Below, piece after piece: positions 35,601-50,325 of a DNA stretch of 64,000 nt. Below the pieces are notes generated by a model that did no database searches, was not told the origin of the DNA, and saw only the letters and a list, made by a program, of their open reading frames with translations. Source of the stretch: Tubiluchus corallicola (Eukaryota > Animalia > Priapulida); NCBI GenBank assembly GCA_030141605.1, contig JAQGDQ010000021.1, positions 806,001-870,000 on the forward strand, read 5' to 3'. The position numbers were made by a program, and so were the translations under genes. Every line of letters starts with the position of its first letter. Position 1 is the first letter of the stretch.

Positions 35601-38600
35601 CCGAGCTTGGGCATTATATTCTGTCGTAAATTTCTGCACACTCACAGATATCACATCATATTTCAATCGCATAAGCCACACGCGCAGTATAAATTATTGG
35701 GATCACCGATATTACTCAAACAATTTGCGTCACGGCGCAGTTTTCATAAACCCTGAAAATTGTCAGTTTCTCGGCCGCCTGCTGAATCCGGACGACCGGA
35801 AGATGTTAATGCAGCCATACAAACACAAGCTCTACGTGACAAATGATAGTGCTTTACCCTATCCCGTAGTAAATTCTACACAAGTGTTCTCATTACTTAC
35901 GCTTCAATTTCTGTGATTTCACGATAAGTGAAATAGAGGTTGATTTCACACAGAGGGAGCTAAAGGAAAGCTTCAAGAGAGCTTAATAATAGTTTAACGT
36001 ATTTTTGCTAATTATTAAGCTGGGTGGCGTCACACAGCACAGGAAGTTCATGAGCTCTTAATAGCTGTTTCAACATGTTACATAATACCAGTCTCGCAAA
36101 AACTTTTGAAAAGACAACCCGGCATTGTTAGCGAAAGTAGTTTCTAACGTTTTCTTCATGAAGATAAGCGATGATGAAACAATCAGCAATAGTGACATAA
36201 TGCCACTGATTCGATTAAAAGGGTTTGAGAATTTGACCCTTTCACGAACGTGCTTTATCCAAACTGGCAGGCCGCATGAGGCGAATTGTTAATCCCAAAT
36301 CCTCGGTTATTATTTTCAAGTAAATAACTAGTAGGAAAGTGCGTAACACTTGTATTATGTTTGAATATAGGCTATGATGCATGATTATCATAAACACGAA
36401 GGGATGCCAAAACGAGCTTTTTGTCATAAACGAGTATTCAGAAAGTCTATAACCATATATATCTGAACAGCAACACGTTCACTTCCGTTCCTAAATCAGG
36501 AATACGTAAATACGACCACATTTGTTTTTTCCAAACGTTATGTGCAAATTTATACTCCAAATTAATTTAAGATCTAGACATTTAAGTTATTAATTATACA
36601 TGTACACCAGAACTTTAAAAAGCATATCATTTACGTGTTACATACACTGTATTCCGCAACGTTCTGCCGCAGCAACTGGGCAGTTAAGTTCTGAACTGGT
36701 TAGTTAATAAATGAAAATAGTGACATAACTTTAAAAAAGTCACAGAAAAAGTGACATCACTTTTCTTATTTTTCTCCCATCCGGCGTCTGCATCAAAGTG
36801 CAAATTGCTTTCGGCAATGCGGGACATCTCGTAGACCCGGAACAGACGATGACGTTAGTCATCGCTCTGTACGGGTGGCTAAGCCGAAGATTCTTTCGGC
36901 AAAATGCCATTCATAGACTCAGTGGGATAAGCTATACGAGCTTCAAATGTCAGCTAAGATGAGAATATATAAACTTGTTTATTATCTTCTATGATTACTA
37001 ATCAGTATAGGCCTGGCCTAATAATTATTACTGTGCGTATCCTTGGTATCGTATGGCGTTAACTAAAATAACTGTACTGATATGCATAAGCGCATTTTGC
37101 GTGAAGAATTCTAAAAATTCAATGAAAGCGCATAAAGTCAATGATTTTTCTTCATTTCACTGAGGCCAGTATTAGAAACTTCAGCATTTCCTTTCATTTT
37201 ATGCCTTTAACTTGTAGAAGGCGAAACTAATCATCCATGTAATTCAATAATACAAAATGAGTTCTTTCAAGTCTTACAAGCGCTGAAGTTTTCATGGCGT
37301 CTAGGAACGCCCGTGAACCCATCTGAGCCTTTTCAAACCAAACGTCCTTCAGTTGTTTTGTTACCGTCTAAAAGCAGGAAAATTTATCGCAGTTGCTAAA
37401 TTACTAACAAGGGCATCTAACCCCTAACAATGAATCAACTGAAGACTGTTTAAAGATTCAAATGCACCAAAGAACCTTCAGAAACGTCAGACGCAAGAGA
37501 ACATCAGGTGAGTGACTTGGTCACGAAGCGAAAGCGAAAATGCAATAGCCGCTTTTAAAAAGTAGCAGTGATGGTGTACGAACTAGATGGAACATCGCTC
37601 CGTATATTGGTAATTTAGACGCATTTTCAAATCCCAAACTATGCATAACAGATATCTGACTACTCATAATACAAGCGCAGCCCAGCAAAACAGTAATTTT
37701 ATTAAAGATGTTCTTTTGGGAATCCGGATTCTGACAGTCCGGAATTAAACTTGGTTTCGATATAAAAGTTAAAATAAATCCCAATACTGAAACTCCCAGT
37801 GGAAGCAACATTGGTCAGTTTCTCTAAATGATCCTCCCATTTTTTCAGATTTTTACAGTTACCAAAACAAAATGATGTTTATTTAAAGAATGTACACATT
37901 GCTAGAAAACAGTACATGTTAACAGACGAGGTGAACTTAATTTTTAAACTAAATGATTAAATTACAATAAAAACGTAGACATAAAATGTAAAAACATCCG
38001 GTTTACTGGATGTAGCTGACAAAATTATGCCAATTTTAGGTTTATCATAGCTGAAGTCGCGAGGTCATTTACAGGATATTGAGTAAACAACATCATTGGG
38101 ACAAACACGACTTACACTGGCTTCATATATCATGTAAATCAGTTCTTGCTCCCTTCGTGACTTTACTAGCTTTGGGGGTCTAAAGTAATTACATAAAACA
38201 CTACAACTAATCAGTTTAGCAGGCTTGTAATCACAATAATTTAGCCAATACGCGATTAAGCAACAACCGATGTTATACTACTATACAGCTGTGAAGCAAG
38301 CAGCTATAATGGGTCTTGTTATTAAGTAGCTTGATCAAGTCGCAGAGACTGCAGAAGTCATGTCCTCTCTGTCGTCGATAGTTTGACCAATATCTATCGT
38401 TTGACGATTTCTGCTTAATCAACTAATAACAGTATGTCGCTTAATAAATATATGCTAGCTTATCCCTAGGGCTCGCTACTGGAAAGCAATGTGCAACAGT
38501 CACATTTCAAGACGACAGTCCCCAAGGGACTCCCAAAGGAGCACAAGCTTCCTGCATATATAGTGTTATCACAGCGGCTATGTCGTAGATGCATCCAGCA

Positions 38601-39224
38601 AGTGAAGCTTATTTCACTGAGCGCAGACGAGACACCAGCTGCTACCTTTAAACTCTACTGAGTAAGTACTTCAAAATAATTACCTAAAGGACAAATGCGA
38701 TAAACGACCAGGATAATCTGACAAAATGTACTTTCGGCCGATTTTCACAATTCAAGCAATGTTAGAAATAACAATAAAGGTTTCAAGTGTTCACTCAAGG
38801 TAGCACAGCATATGATGCACATGCCATTAGCCAATAAAAGATTTAGCAAATCTTATATTAGAAAAACATACGGAAAGAATAGTTTTATGATACAAGAAAA
38901 ATAATAAAGAATTCATACAGAAAAAACACAAGTTGAAGCCTTTCTAAAAGAAGCTGAATTTTAGTTATGACTACTCTGTAATAGTGATGCAGCGGCTAAC
39001 AGTATAAGAAAGCAGGCATCGCTTGGTCAGAAAAATCTGGACAACAACAAGAGAGACATCCAACAAACTGTACTAGGTTTGAGAATTCATAAAAGTCTAT
39101 GCTGTTAATGTAGGAGAGGGTAGCAAATGAATACAATTTGTGTAGGGCGTCGTTTGCCGCACTAGCCCTTATACCGCATTTGCGTTGCTACGCATGTTCT
39201 GATTTCACGTAGAACCAGTGCGGT

Positions 39225-40000
39225 ATATGGGCAGCCCAAATACCAAATTCGCTCACTCTAACATTTTCTCAAATTTTTTCATATTTTTTGTAGCATTTTG
39301 AAGTTTGGTCCTTTATTTAACTGGGGTACGATTTGTCTAATTGCAAAAGATTGTAATAATTTGTTTATGTATTAATTACTATGAAGGTATATGTAAATGG
39401 ATTAAATTTGGTAAGACACCTAATTTAATTTTCAAATTTCAAAAAGTGTTAAGTAAAAATCCCAATGTTTATTAAGCTTGGTTTAGTATCGCTTTGTACG
39501 AAATTCAAGGGCCATTTACATCCTTTTTAGTTTATTGTATTACTAGTAGTAATATATCTATTTGGGTTTTTCAGGGCAATGTTTACCATAATCGAGTAAA
39601 TACATTCGTGAAGTGAAAAAAGGGGGCTTTTTAAAAATAAGTTGTTTCTGTTATAACTGTAGGCCAGAACTATTTTATTGTCTAATATTATTGTTATTTA
39701 CTTTGTTCTTATTTCTTTGCAATAATTTATATTTATTTTTATTTTGTAACATATTCTATGAAAGTGCATTGCTAATTTAGTCAAATTGTTGGCACTAGAA
39801 TGGGTTATTGCTAATAATATTTTATTTTATCGAATGTATAATTTATATCTAATTAATTATTTAACTTGTTCTTGTTTCTTGTTGCTGTTATTATTATTAT
39901 TATTATTATTATTAAATAAACATGGAGAACGGACGCTGTCATTAAAGTAAACTCGGCTCAATTTCTGACAAATTCTGGGGCGGTATTTGGCAGCCCGTAT
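39225..40000. mobile_element. Putative MITE with AT-rich interior
   Basis: atatgggcagcccaaatacc versus the reverse complement of ggtatttggcagcccgtat. Confidence 0.5.
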
Positions 40001-42954
40001 GCATTTTTAGGTAGTGCCAATTATTATCGTGGTACGTAGTTAATGGCACAATTCAATACATTACTATAAATCATTCATTACCCACAGACTGTCATCCGAG
40101 CGATTGGACATTGCATACGTTTATCAATTAGTAATGTAGCATCGAGTAACTAATTAACTACTGCTACGAGCAACATGATATCAAGAACACTCTCAAACTC
40201 AAACTGCAACCTCTGCTTCATATATGGAGCAAAATCCGAATATTCAGAGGACGTCTTTTTTACACTTCATGCGCCAACTTTATACATACGCTGTCATATG
40301 ACTCATATCGTCACTAAAATAATTTTGGAAGTACACGCGCAGTTTTGTAAAAGATTCAGCACAAGTTTTTAGTCGGCATGGCGAATGTGTCAACTTGCGC
40401 CATGTTGACGAAACCAACCAAAGTGAATCTCGCAAAGTGAGTTTTACAGCTTTTGTTACTTCTGCGTTAGATTAGTCGGTACTTTTATGGCCACCGTTAC
40501 TCAGACAATATGTTTATACGATATCCATGGGGAGTTTTGGGACTACATTACATATATTACACTACATTACATTACAAATGAAAGCTAGGTTTAACAGAAT
40601 GTGAGTAGTAAATCGTGTAAAGTAGTAACAAGCTAACAATTTACACCATAAGGCATATAAAGCATAAAGTTAATGTATACCACCAATCAACCGCTGTATA
40701 GAAATTTTCAAGCACGGTGCTTGAAAATTACGACGCAACTGGTGCACTATGTGACATTTCGTATAAGCGCATCGTTGCCCTCAGCTAATTCAAGCTTGCG
40801 TACCTTACCTACTGTTCACGCAAAAATATCACAACATCAGCTGTTTTGTTTTTGTAAAAAATTATTATACTTTTTGACGGAAATTGACAGTGCACTACTT
40901 TTCTTCTGCTCATGAACGACTCATTGGTGGAAGAATAGGAATTTAAAATGGGAACGCCCAAGTGTGAAATGATCGTGACTTTAGTACCATTTTCTCCAAA
41001 CATTGAAATAAGCCTAATTTCCAAGAAGGCTAGGTGTTTTCTTTAACAATTGCCGTGCCGGCGCTTATAAAATTATAACTATAGACCAAGGACTACTATA
41101 CACAATTGTATGGTATTGTATATCCTTGCTATAGACAATTATTTTCTTTGAAAAGTTAGGCAGCCCATGCAGGTTACATATATGATAGGTGTTTCCTGTT
41201 CTGTGTATTTTTACTTTTGTATTTTATAAAGGCGTATTTTCACCTGAATAAATGTAATCACATCAATTTTGTTTTAATACGCAATGTGATGCAAGCATCG
41301 CCGATACGCGTGAAGGTCTACTACATACAAAAAAGCATTCTTATTTCGTGTAGCGTTATTTCACCATTTACTTATAAGCGATTGATAATGAGATTTTAAT
41401 CCAAGTGCTAAAATGAAAAATATAGTAGAAACATTACACACAAGCAGCAAAGCTAGCCATAAATTGAATGTTTCGTATGTTACTTATAGGAAATAAGATT
41501 TTCGGAAATTTTCTCATACCGTTAAGGAAAAATAGAATGATTTTTCATATCGTACGCCATTTTTTGAAGTACGGCCTCTGACAATTGGGTAACAGGTTAA
41601 AAACGTAATCAACGGTTGGAGAACATAGACAGTAATGACGTCACAACGGAACGCAATTTTCTACAGCACAAATATCCCATTATCGTGTCACAAGTATTTG
41701 CAAAAGTGAAAATTGGACTACAGTGCCACGGTACAACATTCAATGTGATATGTGCACTATGCAGAAACTCGACAAGTTTTAAATGTAAAAATTTAAGTTA
41801 TAAATTTACCACAGTGATTGATTGCCTATGAGCTCTCGAACATGTGCTCTACATCACAACTGAAAAACATCTGAACTGAGAGGTACAGCACCTGTTTTTT
41901 GTGCAATCGGGGATGCAGGCCCATTAACTAGAAAATGGCAGATGTAATAGCGAAGAATTGTTAACACGAAGGCAAAATTAGGTTTCCGTGGCAAAAATTC
42001 TTTCACATAAGTCATTCTTGAAAAAACCTATATGTTCCCTTTTATAGGTTAAGATTGGTTTCAGTTTTTGTTTAAGATTGGGTCCGGTTTTTCCTTTAAG
42101 GGCAAAACGCATATGTAGGCCTTAGAAGTCATTCTTTTATATTATAAGGATTATTTAATGAAAACAATGTGTAACGTTGTGCCGCGGATAACATTTTGTA
42201 ATTTTATACCTTTGCACATATAGTATAACACTTGAAACAAATCCAGCAACTTTGCAAGATAATAATAGATGATAGAAAACTCGGTGCTTTTAAGCTTTGA
42301 AATTCAACGCGGATTAGAACTGCGATATCTAAAGGCCGTATAACAAGGTGCAAGCGACCTTTACTATAAGAAGCCATTATATAAGCCTCCTATGGGACTG
42401 ATGTAAGAATTCCCGTTTCAAACAAACAAGCAAGAAAATATCCAAGGATCACAAGGATATCGTGAATTTAACAAGTTGTGCAGGTAAAGAGATTGAGAAA
42501 CGTTTGAGCTGTGACACAACGTAGGCGTTCTGATGACTGAAGCCAGGACAACCTGTATTTACACAGCTTCCAGGGACAACATGTATTTGCCCAGCTTTAC
42601 ACGAACAGCTTGCTGTCATGCACTACTACACGACGCATAAATATTTAATGCAATTTGAACGTTGTGTGCGCGTCAAATAATGTAGAGGAATTATCCAAAC
42701 AAGATGTTCCAACAATTCCCATAAGGCCATAACTACAATAAACGTGATCGTCGTGAACGCGCCACGATGGGCTTCACTATTCATTGATTCGGAAACAATG
42801 AAATAAGACGTGACGTACGTACATAATTTTGTAGACATCAATGAAGAACTGTTGCCCACAGCTCATAGTAATGCATGATAGAAAACAAAGTGTGTGCAGA
42901 ATACTACCTACTTACCTGCCTGCCAACCCAATAAAACCCGCCCACCTTCATTAC

Positions 42955-43013
42955 ATGTATATATACATATGCACCCATACATACATATACACATACACAT
43001 ACATACACATACA
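42955..43013. repeat. (AT)/(AC)/(ATAC)n microsatellite
   Basis: atatacatatgcacccatacatacatatacacatacacatacatacacataca. Confidence 0.85.
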
Positions 43014-44479
43014 AAAATATAAAAGTCAAGTAAAAATCTTACACAGGCTTACAGATACAGGTAGTTTTATTATTTAACCGTTATGACGAAAGCACGTTTT
43101 CGTAAAACTAATAATAAAATTCTGGGCGCTAATGGCTTTTATGACTGCATTTAAGAGAACATTGGTGATGCACTTGCTTATCATTCTGACGAAGAAAAAA
43201 CAAAATGTGGTTTTACGGCTCAAGCAGACTTGCATGCACTCTCTTTTACAAGTACTGCGCGGTTGTTTTATTACTTTGAATAAAACCGCGCTGTATAATT
43301 ATAATGTTCAATCATTTTCGTTATAATGCATAAATGAATGGTTTATTAATTCAAGTTATGCTTGTTGTCGGTATCCTGTCTGATATATATTAACCATACA
43401 GAACCTTTTTATTGATGAAATTATATAATGGCATCTCTTATAGTTAACCGGTGAAATCTAATTAGAAAAAGGCTTCCTAGATGTATAATGATTATTGCAT
43501 ACGTTCTTGCTATATTTCTGTTACATGTATGTAACTTTTTTAAACAATACATGCTTGCTTTTCCTTACATTTAATAATTATACATAGGACTTTTGCAAGT
43601 CAAATTCACAGTTTAATTTTATAGAGGTAAAACTTAGAAAAAAATTGTCCACATTCCGCAAAGTTTAATTTGCATGACAATTTTATCGTACCCCTAACAG
43701 AACTAGACAACAAAATACTTTTACTAAGCATAAAAAAGTAAATGTGGGCCGACAATAATATGCCGACAACATATTTGAGTCTTTAAGAATTTAAAAGTTT
43801 TCAACCCCCACAAATTATAACTTTTTTAAAATAAAATATTAATTAATAGATGCCGTCAGGCAACAAAAGAGGTATATATGCAAATTGTATCATACAATAT
43901 AAAAATGACGTCACGGTGCATAATAGTGACTGGGCGGACAGAAATGTTTTCATGGGTTTTTACGTCAATATTATTCTACCCCAATATACTCCCGAGTGCT
44001 CTATTTAGCGAAGACGTATCTTGTGCGACAGCGTGGATCATAATGGCGTTGCAACCGAGTCTCTTGTGCAGACCACGTATTTCTATTTTGCTGATCATTA
44101 ATATTTTGTATAGCCATTTCGTTAAGTAGAAATTAATAACAAGAAGTAACAATTCGTCTTTTATCCACACGTTATAATAATATTATAGGATCACACACGT
44201 CTAGCCATTAGCTAATTTCTTAGCATATTTTTATGCAGAGCGGTATTCAGCAAACTGGAAGACCGGCACTCAAACGGCAGGAACTATTTGATGCTTGTTG
44301 TGGTATTAACGATATACAATCCTCTAAAATAAGTATATAGAAGTCTATTTAAGTAGATATAAGTTTATGTATCATTACAACAACCAAAAGGTTGAATTAT
44401 AGCACAGTATAAAATTACAAAATGTAATTTTTAAAAGAATAAGCAAGGTAGAACATAAGCGACAAGCGCTATTACACTG

Positions 44480-45120
44480 TTACAAGATACACGAACGAAA
44501 TAAATTAAAATGAGTCTAAACTTACGCTTGGAAATTAAATAAACTATATGAGATAAAACTGTTCTTGAATCTCTCTGTTTCGCATCTAGGTAAGGGGCAT
44601 TTCAGGTGGAAGGTAAATACTATACCTACGAGCATGGGTATCTGGCAATAGAGTGTGGACTAAATTATTAGGATTTTGAATTGACAAAAACAACATTTTG
44701 CAAAAATTTTCGCGGCGGTTAAATAAAGGCTGAAGAATAGCCAAAATTAGAGCATTTGCATTGTTTTCATTTGGAAAAATTATTTTCAATGAGCGCTTTT
44801 GAACTGTTTCTAACAAATCAGACGAGTGCCATGCCTGACAAGCGTATTCAACAACTGGCTTAATCAAGGTGCAGTACATCATATCACTAGACGATGTCCG
44901 AGCTCTTTTCATTAGTCGCAAAAGATAAATTATTTTATTCGCTTTAGCATAAATTAAATCTTTAACTATTTGTACGCCTAAAAGTTTAACCGAATCAACT
45001 CTTTTTACCATCATATTAGAGACGGTAATAAAAGGAATATCAGGAGGCTTAGTCATGAAAGTCACAATCATTTCATTGAATTTAGACAAAGTCCATAAAC
45101 GCATGTGTTTTAGACGCACG
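44480..45120 (-). mobile_element. 5'-truncated, degenerate CR1/L2-group LINE (C-terminal part of ORF2)
   Basis: RVDSVKLLGVQI, KANKIIYLLRLMKR, YCTLIKPVVEYACQAWH, LETVQKRSLKII, LHT/VHTLLP-type motif, then frameshifted RCETERFKNSF. Confidence 0.85.
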
Positions 45121-46816
45121 TCTAGAACGTACTGTGTAAATAGCCCCATAACATTGCGTAAAGTTTGAAAAAAAATAACAGAGCATTCATAGCTCACTCT
45201 TCCCTAACTAAGTATAAGTATAAATTAATGTAGCTTGTCAATAAGTGTAATAAAGTGCTGTAGAAACGTATAGGTAGTACAATTTGTTAAGCAAGTATAT
45301 ATTTACAGCTATATACACACACGTACAAAGAGATTAAATTAACAGGCGTCGCCTCCAGAGCCTACATGGCGTCAAACTAACTAACTACTTGTGTACGTGA
45401 TGGGCTGACTTATATATGTGCGCTCCCGATATGATTCAATTCCGGAGGCGCCTCTTTGCATACGATTAAAAATAGCTGTTTTTGCCGAGTCAATGGTCCA
45501 TACTGGGAAGCTGAGTCAGTCACATTTTACAGTTGACGCGAACATTTTAAATTACTAAGAATTTTCTTTTCTATGTCTTTCAAGCAGGTAAGCATAATGC
45601 AAAGCATCATAACTTTGTGTGGAATGTTTTTAGGACATACTTTGAAATTACTTTTTCTTCCCGTTTAATAAGCAGCTACACGGTTTCACATTGCAGTCAG
45701 CAACAACATCAACATGACCGAAGACGCTGGTATCGTGTCCATCCATGCATTTAACCACTGATGACTTATTAAATAATAGTTTGCTAAAAATACATATGAC
45801 CAGACGACAGTATATGTTAGTGGCAACGCGTTCCAGTTTCCGTCTGAGAAACTGCAAAATGTACTCTTATTTATCTTGAACCACACGGTACTGAACAAAT
45901 TTAAATTCCACAATCTGCGGGGTAAATTTTAGTAGGCATTTAGTAGAGTCAACCAGTACTGTTACGCAGCGGGATTCAAAAGGGGAACTTTCAAAATTTG
46001 TATGAGCGTGGACTACTGCTCCTAAATTTTGCATTAGTGCCACGAGTGAGCAGTATGTATGCGTGTAATTGTTGCTCCTTACGCGTAAGCTCTTACTAAA
46101 TGCTTACGTAATCTAAACGCTCTTTGTACCCTATTGCTAGAGTTTTCCGAGAAAATTAGTTCTTATCATTCAAAACTTGCTGCTATTATTCTGCGTACCT
46201 TTTGCCTTTCCCAGGTACACAATGGCGTAATTAATTATCTTTTTCATGATACAGCTGCTGGTTTCTATTTCATCAGGATAACACAGCGGTTACTGAATGA
46301 GACCTATTCTAAGATTAAATATTTAATCAGTCCGGATTTAGTCTATATGCTCTCTAGCCTGATGAATGGATGTATGCGTTTTTTGTTTAGATATCTTATA
46401 TAAAAAATCACACTGAGCTAATTTCTGTATAGAACTTTATTATTATAGAATTACAAGAGAATTATTTTGAATAGATACGGCATGGTAACAAAAAAATCAT
46501 GGTTTAGATGTTCTAGTATAAACTCAATAAAGTTCATTCATTTTAGGGTGTCATATACATTTACTTCAAGAATGACAGCGCCGTCATTCGAACACGAGTA
46601 CAACTTGTCACATAGTCCCTCGCAGAAGCTATGTTAAATTTTTGATGTTAAATAAACTCATAGCTAGGAAGCAGTCTATCAATTAATTAAACGTGCCTAT
46701 ATTTGTGACTTGAAAATTTTGTGTGAAGTATTCTGTTTACACTCTATAGGTCAAGTTCCCTTCACAATGGACGCACACTACTAGTACAGGATACATAATA
46801 TGCCCATATGCCACAT

Positions 46817-46960
46817 ATCGACTAGACGGTATAGTGTAACACGTCTGCTTTACATCTCGGAGGTCGTGAGTTCGTCGCCGGGTTACACAAAAGATTTTAA
46901 AAAATTGGCACTGCCGGGTGCGTGGTATTTAGGGCATAAGCGGGACAATAGTGGTCTCTT
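46817..46960 (+). mobile_element. Degenerate tRNA-derived SINE with a MetaSINE-like core
   Basis: B-box-like ggaggtcgtgagttcgtcgcc followed by acacaaaagattttaaaaaattggcact...ggtatttaggg, resembling my recollection of the Meta domain. Confidence 0.6.
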
Positions 46961-47618
46961 ATGTAGCTTGGAACTGTTACTTACGGTCACCAAAAAGCTC
47001 TTTGAGCCTATGTTACTATTAACATTAGGTAGTATGTAAACGACAAGCGCTGCCAGTACCCTAATCCCATGACGTTTAGACAAATTTGTAAATGTGAATT
47101 TTTGAAAGTAACAGACCCTACACTCAGAAAAACTTATAAAAATCCGCCTCTTCAGCAAACCAAAAAATTCAAGAATAGGAATCTTTCTCTAATCCCTGAG
47201 ATTCACAGATGCCCGAAATAAAAAAGCACAGCAATATAACGTTTAACCACATTTGCTCGATATTTCACGAAATTTCTGGAGTGTCCAGCACTTAAGTGCC
47301 TGTATTGACAAATGCAGACTTGTATACATTATGAACACGATTATCCATTTATCTGGACAAAAGCGACAAAAAGCCTAAACTAACCGCTGTTGACGTTACA
47401 CGTTCAAAGTATTGACGGCATAAAAAACCTACATTGAACCAGAGTTTGTAAAGGCAAAAAACCTGACCAAGTCACGAAGCTTGCGTGAGCAGTGAGCGAG
47501 ATAGAAAAACGGATGTCATATTTACTTAACCAGATCAAATTTTGTTCAAGGAGATGCATGATATTGAAGCGGCGGTTATATAAAAGCAATTGATTTTCAT
47601 TTGCTTTTTTAGAGTGCT

Positions 47619-47635
47619 CAGCGCCCTCTGGCTAG
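47619..47635 (-). promoter_or_regulatory. CTCF-like motif
   Basis: CTAGCCAGAGGGCGCTG versus consensus CCACCAGGGGGCGCTG. Confidence 0.4.
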
Positions 47636-50325
47636 TTACGATCGCCCAGTCCAGAACACAGTTGACAGGGATTAGAAGATCTGAATAGTGGTTATTTGTA
47701 GACAATGACCTCAGTCACGCACCAACCATAGTTCTCCCCATTAGAAATATAAAGCTCGCATGTAATGTCAAATGTGATGCATAATGTGATACACATGTGA
47801 TGCATAATTATAGGTATCGCTGTGTATGCATTTCGTAATTATAGGCCCACGTTATCTCTCTGTACAATACAATGACTATAGTGAATCGGTCAACGTACGC
47901 ACTGGACACTGGACATTTATTGATCTGTGATCTGTGGACAGGCAGCAGATGATTTTATCAGAAATGTCATGACATTGGGCAGAATAGAAATTTACTATTG
48001 CTACTGTCCGACTTTAGTATTTTTATTTTCGCGTTTTTCGCGAGCTTTCGGAAAAAGCACAGTTGTATTCGTATGCCTTCACATCAAATGACTGCTAGTA
48101 GATTATGAGCGCAATTATTAAATTGCCGCTATTAATTATAATATAATATTTTGTGATTATATGACCTATACAAAATGGTAATAAATGTATTTTCATGTAT
48201 GTAGATCAATAACGCGAAACATTCATGAAAGTAAAAAATTTAGGTGAATTTATTCACGCACTGGAGCAGAGCCAAACTGTCCACTAGTTCTTTAAAAAGC
48301 CGCGCCATAAAAAATTCATGGGCTTGCACTTTATGACAGTATTGTCTGAGTTGAAAACCTTCGTTTGTTTAGTAAATAAATTATGAGCTCTTTTACGATA
48401 CTATTCAGATTCACATCACTATCATACTTGAGAGCAAGTGCTTTGTCGTTTGACCTTCACCTTTGTCACAAAATATTTTTTCTCAAATTCAAACTAAAAA
48501 AAACATTTCTTTAAAGAGGAAAAAGGCCAGTTTTAAGCTGTAGCTCAAAATAATCTAACGTATAAATATTGAAAGAGAAAGTAATTTTTTTAGTGACTTG
48601 GGTGAAAGAATTACTATCGAAGTTTAATTTCACATTCGCTACTTAGATGCATACAGTGCCTGCATCTCAGAAATGCGTAAAAACAAAAACAGGCGCTTTT
48701 AGTTCAGTTCAGTTGTGACGTTTTTAATCTATTATTTAATTATCGGAAAAGATTTGACATTATTATTGATGTTAAAATGTATAATTTTTACCTCACTTTA
48801 AAGTGGGGTAGGATATGAAATGTCAGCCTGTTTTTCTTTAAAAAAAACTCACTTTTAAACATCTTTTACGTTATTTACCATAAGCGAATTTGAACAAGTA
48901 TGCCTTGAAAATTAAAAGTTGATGTCGACAAGAAGACATACACCAGATAACCTTGAAGACAAAAGAGAAGATCGAAAAGAGACGTTATTATGTACATCAT
49001 CAAACTAAACGCACATTTAATAAGAACCTACGATGTCATTTAATTAAATACAGATTCAATAAACAGATTTTATCGCATCATACAAAGTCTTGGTACGTAA
49101 CATCATCATAAGCATAAAATACATTAAGAAGAGCTTTTTTATTAGTACCATTAAGGGTGGATTTAAGTTAATTATTTATCAATCATATAACTTTTTATTA
49201 CATTCATTGAGGGAAAAGACCTTGAGTCTCATGTTTAGAAGATTATCCTTGATAATGAGATTTTGGTCCTGCCTACGATAGTACAGCCGCTAGTGTCAAA
49301 CTGTTTAAATCAGACAAGCAAAGAATTTAGTCCACAAATCTTATAGTTTCATAATAACTTACACGTTACTGAACAAGTTTAAATTCCGCAATCTGCGGAG
49401 TTAATTTTAGTAGACAAATCGCCAGACGAAATTAATACACTGCAGATTAATATTAAAGCTGTGGTAATCTATGTACAAACACACAGAAGCACAAGTCTGA
49501 GACTAATTCAACTGAAATGACTCATTCAGGCAGGCGAGTTGTACAAAAATACCTACACAGATTGACTCATTGGATTTTGACAATGTAGAGCCATGACAAA
49601 CCTGTTTCATAGGTTGATCGCCATCTTGAATTTCAAAATGCCTACTTGTCAAAAAGCGTATCACTGTCGCAGTGCTTTACAGCCTGCAAAACTGATACCA
49701 GCAAGAAATAAACAAAGAATTGAAACAATTAGCCAGCGCTTTTTGTACTAAACATGAATGAAATAGAATACTTCATCATACTTGCACAAGCTTTGCACTG
49801 GCATATTAAATCTTGCAGAATAATTAAAAGAAAATTAATAAACTGATAGCTATTTGATATAATCCTCTGTGGGCAAAATTAATTAATATTTCCATCGCTT
49901 GAACGAGTAAAATCTACACGCATGAATAATTAACAATTTAATTACTGTAATTAGCGCACAAGACCAATAACTGATATAAATACGGCAAGGGTAACAGATA
50001 TACTAGCAGACATTTTCAATATCCTTGAGCTTTACGATAAAGTAAAGGATTTGTTGTAAAGTCAAAAGAACGACTGCAGCCATTAATGTGTAACGTTTAA
50101 TTAATTTAACCAACAGACAGACACGTTAACTGCAAACAACATGACGCTTTCCTAATTTGGAAAATTTATGCCGCGTAAAATTGACAATCACGAGTCCCAA
50201 AAGGCGCATTCAAACTGATTCATTCTTGCTTTAAAGCGGAAGCTGTAGATAAACATAATCGAAGGCAAATATCGAAATACAGCACACACTGTTTTTAAGA
50301 GTGACTTACGTGAAGGAAGTTCACG

